Shown here one piece after another: positions 50,613 through 58,718 of a DNA stretch of 64,000 nucleotides. The position numbers and the translations under genes were made by a program. The stretch's first letter is position 1; each line of letters starts with the position of its first letter. The DNA comes from Candidatus Obscuribacteraceae bacterium. Its GTDB lineage: Bacteria > Cyanobacteriota > Vampirovibrionia > Obscuribacterales > Obscuribacteraceae. The stretch lies in NCBI GenBank assembly GCA_044226015.1, contig JBGAHS010000006.1, forward strand, positions 128,001 through 192,000, in the 5' to 3' direction. Below the pieces are notes generated by a model that searched no databases, was not told the DNA's origin, and worked only from the letters and a program-made list of their open reading frames with translations.

Positions 50613-50637
50613 TTCCCTAAGAAGCAGTGCTAAAATC

Positions 50638-50664
50638 AAGGTTGCCGTGTACTGCGGCAACCTT
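50638..50664 (+). terminator. Hairpin downstream of rubrerythrin (terminator or mRNA stabiliser)
   Basis: AAGGTTGCCG-tgtactg-CGGCAACCTT 10-bp stem; weak U-tract. Confidence 0.5.
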
Positions 50665-50669
50665 ATTCC

Positions 50670-51005
50670 ATGCAGGAGGACGTCGTGAGTTCCAGTGCAG
50701 AAAATGATCGAATAGACCACATAGCGATTTCGGTAAAAGACGTGAAAGCAGCGGTTGAATGGTACACGACAAATTTCAGCTGCAGAGTCAAATATCAGGA
50801 CGAGACCTGGGCCTACCTTGCGTTTAACAATATCAATCTAGCCTTGGTGGTGCCTGGGCAACATCCAACCCATGTGGCATTCATTAGAGACGACGCTGAG
50901 AAATATGGTTCACTTAAGACCCACCGTGATGGCACGAAGTCTTGCTATATAGAAGACCCTGCTGGCAACGCGGTCGAAATCATGGAACCATACAAAGATT
51001 ACTAA
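50670..51005 (+). CDS. VOC/glyoxalase family protein
   Basis: IDHIAISV, HVAF, YIEDPAGNAVE. Confidence 0.85.
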   Translation: MQEDVVSSSAENDRIDHIAISVKDVKAAVEWYTTNFSCRVKYQDETWAYLAFNNINLALVVPGQHPTHVAFIRDDAEKYGSLKTHRDGTKSCYIEDPAGNAVEIMEPYKDY

Positions 51006-51195
51006 AGTCGAGTTGCTGCACCAAAGGTAGTGCGCCATTAGGCTCAGCCAAGAGCAGCGAAATTAACTGGACTGTTAAAAGATACAGTTGCGGGTTCACG
51101 CAAATGTACTGTTTTACTGCGCAATAGTGCAGTTTCGAAGTCAGAATTCACGCAACGCCGAATAGATACCCTCTGTAATGTACGAGGGTTGTCTC

Positions 51196-52776
51196 ATGGA
51201 CGATATCACAAATACTCAAAAAAAGGCTTCTGACCACGATTTCAAATCTGTCGCTTGGATTGATTCACCAGTGAATGCCAACAAAAATGAAGAAAAGGCA
51301 GCCCTTGCAAAAATGGAAGACAGGTCGAACGTGGCTCTTGCAAAAATGCTGCCTTCACTTGAGATAATCGGCTTCACTAGAGCAGAAGTTAAGGTTGAAA
51401 ACCGTGCCGCAAAATCAAATGATGCTGGCAACAAAATTCCAGCAGCACCATGTGTCACTACAAATGAATTTGCAGGCATTGCTAAAGGGCTCTTGAAGAA
51501 AGCTGATAAGGATAAAGATGGACACGTTAGTAAAACGGAACTCGCTGCAGCACTGCAAGATCAATCAATCAAAGGAAAGGATGCACAGGTTCTCTCTGCG
51601 CTCTACAATGGTTTTGATAAGATTCACAACCTCAGCAAACATGAATATGTTTGGAACAAAGCGACCATTACCGATGGTGACATAGACCGCTTACAAGAGA
51701 AGATGAGCAAGCGCGATGTGGATGTGCTTGCCGCTCTAAACATGCGAGCTTGGGCACAAACTAATTTGAAGAGCTTTGCCGCAGATGGCGAAAAACTTAC
51801 TATGAATGATCTCAATAATGGACTAGCTCGTAAAAATCTCTCTGAAACTGATAGAGCAACTTTGACTCTCATCAAATCTAGATTCAATGAAATTGCTGAA
51901 AACTATGGGCTTCCGCTGATTGGAACCAAGGGCGCAAAACTTGAAGATTTCAGTTCTTTTGCAGATAAGGTCTGGTCCAATTCCCCAGATGCAAAAATCG
52001 CTATGAATATTCAGGGCGTAATGCGCCGAACCAATTTGGAAGCTCAAACAGGACAAACTTCAAGTGACCTCTTTGCTGACGGGCTCAACAGCGTGAGACC
52101 TGATGCCATCCGGCAAGGTGGCATTGGCGATTGCTATTTTGAGTCAGCACTGGCGGCGGTGGCAGTTGCAAACCCGAAAATCATCAAGGATATGATCAAA
52201 GAGAACAAAGATGGTTCTTTTACTGTCACATTTCCGGGCGCAAACAAGGAAGCAATTACCGTTAGCAAGCCCACTGAAGCGGAACTCGGACTCTACAATG
52301 GAGGAAGCTCGCACGGACTTTGGGCAGCAGTGTTGGAAAAAGCATATGGTCAATATCGAGACAATCACGCCTGGATAGGAAGCTACACGCCGCAAGAGGC
52401 CTCCGACGGGGGCGGGCGCCCTGAACCAGTAATTGAGTTGCTCACAGGTAAGGACGCATCGTGGAAGAGCGTTAGCGATCAAAAGTCGGTCGCACGTGAT
52501 CTTGAGAATGCGTTCAAAACAGGAAAAGCCGTAACAGCTGATATTTATCGCGACCCGTGGGATCTCATAGGCTTGGGCAAGACTGAGACGAACGATAAAT
52601 TCTATAAAGGTCATGCTTACTCAATCACAGCATTTAAACCAGATGGCAAAGGCGGCGGCGTAGTCACGATACGCAACCCATGGGGCGGAGAGCATGGCAG
52701 CACATCAGGTACCATCGATGTTCCTCTAGACAAGTTCATGAAAAACTTTTCGGCTTATTCAATCCAGAACAGATAA
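51196..52776 (+). CDS. Calpain-like (peptidase C2) cysteine protease with EF-hand
   Basis: QGGIGDCYF, GHAYSI, IRNPWG; EF-hand DKDKDGHVSKTE; paralog of 32840..34705. Confidence 0.92.
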   Translation: MDDITNTQKKASDHDFKSVAWIDSPVNANKNEEKAALAKMEDRSNVALAKMLPSLEIIGFTRAEVKVENRAAKSNDAGNKIPAAPCVTTNEFAGIAKGLLKKADKDKDGHVSKTELAAALQDQSIKGKDAQVLSALYNGFDKIHNLSKHEYVWNKATITDGDIDRLQEKMSKRDVDVLAALNMRAWAQTNLKSFAADGEKLTMNDLNNGLARKNLSETDRATLTLIKSRFNEIAENYGLPLIGTKGAKLEDFSSFADKVWSNSPDAKIAMNIQGVMRRTNLEAQTGQTSSDLFADGLNSVRPDAIRQGGIGDCYFESALAAVAVANPKIIKDMIKENKDGSFTVTFPGANKEAITVSKPTEAELGLYNGGSSHGLWAAVLEKAYGQYRDNHAWIGSYTPQEASDGGGRPEPVIELLTGKDASWKSVSDQKSVARDLENAFKTGKAVTADIYRDPWDLIGLGKTETNDKFYKGHAYSITAFKPDGKGGGVVTIRNPWGGEHGSTSGTIDVPLDKFMKNFSAYSIQNR

Positions 52777-52836
52777 GTAGAATGCCTTACCAGCGCATGC
52801 TCTTAGCGCTTTGAGAGCACTGGTCTCAAGTCGGCA

Positions 52837-54717
52837 TCAATCAAAATGAGATGGTCTCTGATAGGGCTGCATAATTAGATAGTCGAACTCAGAAAAGTTA
52901 TTTTTGCCATAGCCGGGTTGATCGGAATGAAGCCAACTCAGCCCTCTGATTGTTGGCGCCTTGTCCAGTGGCACAGCGGTTGCAGCTGAGGGCGTAAACA
53001 GATTTCTCATGGGCTCTTCGCGGAAGAAATTATCATGCTGTCCGTAGAAAGTAGTCAATGGAACTCCGCGGTCGCGCAAGATTTTTGCAACTTGAGGTCC
53101 CTCTGCAGTCGCATCGACCATGTGCAGATGTCTGTTTCCGACCCAGAAAAGAACATTATTGTCTGGATTTTTCAATAATCCTTGCAGCTCCTTCGCCATC
53201 GTTTTGTTTCTCGAAAGCAAATCTGCTTTAGTTCCATCAATGGGCACAACCTGAATGCCCTCTTTCTTCGCCACTTCCAACATTCGTATGTACTCGTAGT
53301 GTTGAAGAAGTACTGGTAGTGAATTCACATCGACGGATCCATCAGGCTTGTAAATTCGCCCCTTAAAAGGTGTTGTATGCTCGATTGCAAGATGCGTCAG
53401 TCCGCCCTCTTTCTTAAGCTGCGGCAAGAGCCTTGCTGCCATATTTCTATGCTCGCTGTCCATAACATGATACTCGCCTACCATGACTAATCGATCTCGC
53501 TTGAGAGCGGATACCAGAGCCATACCAGGATTCTCACCGTGGGACTCAACTTCAGCGCGAATGCTTGCAGTCAGTTCGCGTTGGATATCCCATTTGGACT
53601 TTGCCTCTGCGGGTGGCTGCTCAGTTTGGGCTGCAGCTTTTGGCTGTTCTAAACGTTCTGACGCCGAAGGGACCTTTGAGGCTTTAGAAGCAGAGACTAG
53701 TTCAGTCTTTCCACCATCTTGAGCCGCTGAATCCAGAAGTATTTTCACATCTGGGCGCCTCGCACTTACGATAATGTTCTTACCTTCGTTGAGCCATTTG
53801 GGATCTGTCACCACAATAGTGTGATCTTTCGGAGCTTTGTAGATTGCAGCGCTCAGTTTGTCGTACCAACCACCCGGTGACGAAATTACAGTGACCTTGG
53901 GATCTGAAGCCAAAAGGCGAGGCAAATCTATTTCGGCAGGCGGCGATTTTGTTGCAAAATGTTTGAGTAAAGTTCCGCCACCATCAAATGCGGCACCAAA
54001 AGCAGCATAAGAAAGCGCTGAAGTCAGCAAGTCCTCTTTTGAGGCTTTGAAGCCGGTCTTTAATTCGATATCTGTGACACCAGCGGCAGCTCCGGAAACG
54101 CCACCAATGAGGATTTTCCGAGGCAGTTCAAATGCAAGACCAGTTCCTAGTGAAGGAATTCTGCGCTCGAGTCCAGAAGAAATGCCAGCCATAGTGGCAA
54201 AAGTAGCCGCACTAATAGCTCCCTCTTTTAGCCTGGACGACAAAAGGCTTTCCCCAGGTTTCAACTCGCTGAGGTTCAGAAGAGATCCAGTCAAAAATCC
54301 GGCCGTAGCTTGCTCACCAACAACCCGGTAAATAGAGGGATTTGCAGCTTCACCGAGCAACGCAGTGCCAACACGCCGTGTAGCAAAGCTCGCTGCAACG
54401 AAGGGAACTAGTGAGCCAAGCACCTTTCCAGCTTGCTCTTCGCCACTGACTTTCTTGTTTTCCTCTTTAATCTCAGCGCCTAAGAGCTGCTGAACGGCTT
54501 GTGCAGGGCGTTTGAAAGCACCATCTGCAACGCCATTAAAGAAAGCCTCATAACCTCTCTGAGCCTCCTTTTGAAGCAACGAACTTGTTTGCAACCGTGC
54601 TTCTGTGAACGATAGCCCAGATAGCCCTAACGTGTTTAATTCAGAGTCTCGTCCAAATGCGGACGCAGCACTTTCTACTTCTCTCACCAGCCCGCGTACT
54701 CCCGTCTCTGCACACAT
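52837..54717 (-). CDS. Protein with hydrophobic Gly/Ala-rich N-domain and C-terminal ChaN/EreA/Tiki-like domain
   Basis: C-terminal VMVGEYH....H, LAIEH, RNKTMA, FWVGNRHL match the Tiki/EreA/ChaN motif order. Confidence 0.6.
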   Translation of the reverse strand: MCAETGVRGLVREVESAASAFGRDSELNTLGLSGLSFTEARLQTSSLLQKEAQRGYEAFFNGVADGAFKRPAQAVQQLLGAEIKEENKKVSGEEQAGKVLGSLVPFVAASFATRRVGTALLGEAANPSIYRVVGEQATAGFLTGSLLNLSELKPGESLLSSRLKEGAISAATFATMAGISSGLERRIPSLGTGLAFELPRKILIGGVSGAAAGVTDIELKTGFKASKEDLLTSALSYAAFGAAFDGGGTLLKHFATKSPPAEIDLPRLLASDPKVTVISSPGGWYDKLSAAIYKAPKDHTIVVTDPKWLNEGKNIIVSARRPDVKILLDSAAQDGGKTELVSASKASKVPSASERLEQPKAAAQTEQPPAEAKSKWDIQRELTASIRAEVESHGENPGMALVSALKRDRLVMVGEYHVMDSEHRNMAARLLPQLKKEGGLTHLAIEHTTPFKGRIYKPDGSVDVNSLPVLLQHYEYIRMLEVAKKEGIQVVPIDGTKADLLSRNKTMAKELQGLLKNPDNNVLFWVGNRHLHMVDATAEGPQVAKILRDRGVPLTTFYGQHDNFFREEPMRNLFTPSAATAVPLDKAPTIRGLSWLHSDQPGYGKNNFSEFDYLIMQPYQRPSHFD

Positions 54718-54925
54718 ATTAGCGACGGAAGTTCCAGCTCAACATGGGGAAACTGCGAAAGTCCTACGATTTAAGGATTCATAGACAGAATCAAGACTTA
54801 AGCTACGGTTGGATATCGAGTCTGGATCGATACCGACTTCAAGCATCGGCTTCAAGATGCGAAACCTGCAATTGAGCGCTTGAGTCCGATTAAAGTACAA
54901 TGGGCCGACTTTCCGAGATAATTTC

Positions 54926-55723
54926 ATGACAGACCTCTTTGTTTTTTCACTTGCAACTGTTCTCACTACCATAGCTTCTATAGGCGGACTCTTGCTGGTT
55001 CGGCGGCTCGTAACTGTAGAAAAAATGCGAATGAACCACGATGTCGCCGATCCACTGCTATCGGTTGTGGGAACGCTATTTGCAGTCTTGTTGGGGTTCA
55101 TGGTTGCAAACGCGATGCAGCGTTTTGAAGAAGCTCGGTTAACTGCACAGCAAGAAGCAAGTGCAGTAGCAAATGTTTTCAGAGCAGCAGATGGTTTCCC
55201 CGACGGACCCAGAAAGAGGATTCAACACGCTTGCGAGTCCTATGTCGATCAGGTCATCAAAATTGAGTGGCCCGCACTGGCCGAGAAGAAAACAAGTGAG
55301 GTAGCCTGGGAATCCTATGACCAAATTTGGAAAGAGTGCGTCCACTTCATTCCCGAGAATGATGGACAGAGCAATATTCAACAGGGATTGATGGAATACC
55401 TGGGTGAGATGGGGAACTCTCGGAGAATGCGAGTAGGGGCTTTGCACAACGGTTTGCCAAAAGAACTTTGGGTGGTGCTGCTTGCTGGTGGTGCAGCAAC
55501 AATTTGCTTCACCTACTTCTTTGGCGTTGAAAATACTAGATTGCAAGTTTTGATGACGGCTCTCGTTAGCCTTGCTATTTGTCTGAACCTATTCTTGCTC
55601 GCCTGTTTTGATGACCCATTTTCTGGCGACGTAATGGTACGCCCCACAGCCTTCGAGACTGTTCGTAGCAACTTTAATGCTCTGGAACATCCCGGCAATA
55701 CATTTGTCGAAAACGTGCGCTAA
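54926..55723 (+). CDS. Bestrophin-like membrane protein (DUF4239-like)
   Basis: VGTLFAVLLGF, EASA, R.R, DDPFSG; 4 TM helices. Confidence 0.75.
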   Translation: MTDLFVFSLATVLTTIASIGGLLLVRRLVTVEKMRMNHDVADPLLSVVGTLFAVLLGFMVANAMQRFEEARLTAQQEASAVANVFRAADGFPDGPRKRIQHACESYVDQVIKIEWPALAEKKTSEVAWESYDQIWKECVHFIPENDGQSNIQQGLMEYLGEMGNSRRMRVGALHNGLPKELWVVLLAGGAATICFTYFFGVENTRLQVLMTALVSLAICLNLFLLACFDDPFSGDVMVRPTAFETVRSNFNALEHPGNTFVENVR

Positions 55724-55792
55724 CTGCCACAATTCATTTGACGCTTGCCGGCATTTTGCTTAGGATCGTGGCTTCCCTGCCTTTGAGTAGCT

Positions 55793-56866
55793 ATGGTTGA
55801 ACTACCAGGAAGGGTTGAAGCTGGTAAAAACAAAGAAGAATCTTTTGAACCTGCGGAGCTTGCCATTCGCGTTTGGGATTCGATTGCCTCCGAAATTTTC
55901 AAGCCTCATAGCAAATCTACTGCCAAGACAGCAGAAAAAGAATCAAGTAATACCTGGTCGGCTAAAGATAGCAAAGCCACTAGCGAGAAATCAGAGTATA
56001 TTCACAACAAAGCTTCTGTAGATGTCTCAAACGCAGAGTTTATTCGTAGCAATCCTGAATTGAAAGGAAAACCTTCCTCGGAGTGGAGCAAGGACGGAAA
56101 TTACAAGCTCAGGCATGCCACCACGGGTGAAGTCGATTCTGCTTGGAAGCTCACTGGTGTAAAAGGAGATGGAAGTGTTCAGCTTCAGAAGGATTATCGC
56201 TTAGAGGTCGCAAGCAAGAAAGATCATAGTGATTTGATCGAATCTATTCCTGGTGTTCAAGAAAAGCATGTAAAAGCTCTCGAGGCTAAACTAAATGAAC
56301 TTCCAGCGAACGTAAAGACAGCGCTGAAAGATGCTGGCTATAAGATTGTCGCCACCAGATTTAATACCGATGCAATTCCGGAACTCAAAGCACTTCATCC
56401 GAGAGGATGGGATCCCAGCGGTAATTTTGACACATCTGACGGAACACACGATAACGTCAGGCGGCTCATCCTTGCCCCTTACAGTTTCGTAAACAACAGA
56501 AGCGTAGAAGCCGTTTCTCGACCAGATGTTCTGGTTCACCAAATCGGGCATGCACTGGACCACGCGCTCGGAAAGCTATCAAACAAGCCAGAGTTTCAAG
56601 AAGCATTCGCTAAAGACATGCAGCAAATGGCAAAGAAAGAGCTAGATGATCGCGAAGAGGCGATTTTCTCTTATTTCAGCCAGAAGAAAGGTCCTGTTAA
56701 AGGCGAAAATCCTGGAAGTGAAGAGTGCTTTGCATCGTTATTCGGACTCGTGTTGACTGGTCCAGAGAATCCCATCGATAAGAAAGCCTTTGAGAACAAC
56801 TTTCAAAACACAATTCAGGTAGTGAAGCGACAGATTAAAGCACTTGGATCAGAACCAGGCAGATAG
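55793..56866 (+). CDS. Anthrax lethal factor-related (ATLF/PPEP-like) zincin domain protein, HQxxH variant
   Basis: PRGW, VLVHQIGHALDH, F...F..D, YF....EECFASLF. Confidence 0.75.
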   Translation: MVELPGRVEAGKNKEESFEPAELAIRVWDSIASEIFKPHSKSTAKTAEKESSNTWSAKDSKATSEKSEYIHNKASVDVSNAEFIRSNPELKGKPSSEWSKDGNYKLRHATTGEVDSAWKLTGVKGDGSVQLQKDYRLEVASKKDHSDLIESIPGVQEKHVKALEAKLNELPANVKTALKDAGYKIVATRFNTDAIPELKALHPRGWDPSGNFDTSDGTHDNVRRLILAPYSFVNNRSVEAVSRPDVLVHQIGHALDHALGKLSNKPEFQEAFAKDMQQMAKKELDDREEAIFSYFSQKKGPVKGENPGSEECFASLFGLVLTGPENPIDKKAFENNFQNTIQVVKRQIKALGSEPGR

Positions 56867-56999
56867 AGCGTTTTCAGCCCCAGAACATTAACGTCAAAAA
56901 AGACATGCGTGGTTCCCCTTATGGACCGGACTGCGTTTCAAAGAATTTTCAAATTTGGTGAATAGATTTAGCCCATAACTTCTATAGGGCTTGGTCAAA

Positions 57000-57854
57000 A
57001 TGGGAAGACACAGCGCAGTCGAATCACCTGTATATCAGGATAGTTTCACATCTGGCGGTAGAGATAACTTTGATTCACCTATGGCTTACGACAGAAGACC
57101 AGTGGTCGAACGTTGCGCCGATCTAACAGCAAATTCAAGCAATACAAACGCGAGCGATGACTTCTATTCTAATCGCACCCGCGTAACTGCTGAAGATAAA
57201 AGCGGGGTGCTTGTAATGCCGCCCTGCAGTGAATATCAGAAGCAATGCCGCGAACCAGTTGTGGTGATCAACAACTATAACGTTCAAGACGAGTACAATT
57301 CTCGCTATGACACAGGCTATCAGAATGGGCGTGCGCAGTATGCTTGCAATCGCCGCTACTATGAACCGCAATACAACGAGCAATACAATCAGTATCAGAA
57401 CCAGTATCGAGCGCAATACTATAATCAGTACCAGAACGGGTACAACGCACAGTACTACAACCAGTACCAGAACCCGTACCAGAACCCGTACAATGCGCAG
57501 TACTACAACCAGTATCAAAATCCATACAATTACAATCAGTACTATAACCAGTACCAAAATCCGTACAATGCGCAGTACTACAACCAATACCAGTACTACA
57601 ACAACCCCTATCAAAACTACAACTCATGCTACCAGGGACGATACTACCAACCCTACTATTACAATAACTGCCAAGGAAGCACATTCAGCAATCTAGCTGG
57701 CATGGCAATTAGCATGGGACTGGGAATTGCAGGCTCTGCTATTTGGAATCACAGATACAATCGCGGTCACCATAATTACAACAACTACAATAACTACAAC
57801 AATAATTGGTATCGCAATCAGATGCCATTTGCACGAGGACGACACCACTGCTAA
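57000..57854 (+). CDS. Tyr/Asn/Gln-rich low-complexity repeat protein
   Basis: Repeats of NAQYYNQYQNPY; C-terminal hydrophobic helix LAGMAISMGLGIAGSAIW. Confidence 0.75.
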   Translation: MGRHSAVESPVYQDSFTSGGRDNFDSPMAYDRRPVVERCADLTANSSNTNASDDFYSNRTRVTAEDKSGVLVMPPCSEYQKQCREPVVVINNYNVQDEYNSRYDTGYQNGRAQYACNRRYYEPQYNEQYNQYQNQYRAQYYNQYQNGYNAQYYNQYQNPYQNPYNAQYYNQYQNPYNYNQYYNQYQNPYNAQYYNQYQYYNNPYQNYNSCYQGRYYQPYYYNNCQGSTFSNLAGMAISMGLGIAGSAIWNHRYNRGHHNYNNYNNYNNNWYRNQMPFARGRHHC

Positions 57855-57880
57855 AATCGGGATAATAACCTGAGGTAGAA

Positions 57881-58705
57881 GTGGCTAATTTCAGCGAAAT
57901 CCAGAAGCAAATAAACCAGTTGCTTGAATCTCTAAGTGCTGAGGAATTTCCACCCGTCAAACAGTTATTAAAAGCAAATCTAAGAGCCTGTTTTAACGGG
58001 CGTTTAATCGATGAAGACCCCGAACCGCGAAGCTCAAGGCTTGGCGGTTCACCATTTTTGCCGTTTGAAATCGAGCATCCCCGTGAAAAGAGGGGAACAG
58101 CAATGCGGTTTGTGCTGCAGGTAAACTTTGCTGAGCTGCAAAAGCTAACAGATCGCAGTATGCCAGATCTTGTACTGGCTTTGTTTGGAAATTCCGATAA
58201 CGATTACTCCAACGCAAAAGACAAGAATGCATTTCGCTGCGTGCAGATCGCAAACCCATCAGACAAAACATTCATGCCATCTAGTTTCCCTGAGGCTTCC
58301 ATTTCATCCTCTTCCAAGGGAATTATTTTTACTGCTGGATGGGCGCTTCCACGATACGAAAACGACTGGAAGAATACGCAGGGAATTGCACCTGAGATCA
58401 TTCGCCGGCTGTCGGAAATCGCTAATAGCGAAAATCGTGCCGATATACAAATTTTCGGACATTCCCTAACGGCGAGCGCAAAGGAATTGAGAGAGATTGC
58501 TGCGTTTGCCGCAAATGGAGTTTCATGGTCTGAGGCTAGAAGCATGGACTCTTGTTTCAGCCATCTTGTCGAGAATTCACATCACTGGCTGCCTTTAATT
58601 CAAGTAAAAGACAGCTTCATGCCGGATAAAATGCTTGCTTTGCTTATAACAGAAGAATCCCTGGCTCAAGGAGAACTTGATAAATCCTGGCTTCTGTTTG
58701 TCTAA
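57881..58705 (+). CDS. YwqG/DUF1963-like protein
   Basis: SSRLGGSPFLP...P...MRFVLQVNFAEL. Confidence 0.65.
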   Translation: MANFSEIQKQINQLLESLSAEEFPPVKQLLKANLRACFNGRLIDEDPEPRSSRLGGSPFLPFEIEHPREKRGTAMRFVLQVNFAELQKLTDRSMPDLVLALFGNSDNDYSNAKDKNAFRCVQIANPSDKTFMPSSFPEASISSSSKGIIFTAGWALPRYENDWKNTQGIAPEIIRRLSEIANSENRADIQIFGHSLTASAKELREIAAFAANGVSWSEARSMDSCFSHLVENSHHWLPLIQVKDSFMPDKMLALLITEESLAQGELDKSWLLFV

Positions 58706-58718
58706 ATTAAGAACAGTC

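Noticed and set aside
57135..57696. Alternative-frame V/L-rich, C/G-rich and T-rich ORFs
   Set aside because: Shadows of the Y/N/Q repeat gene, which has the plausible start and fits the operon direction
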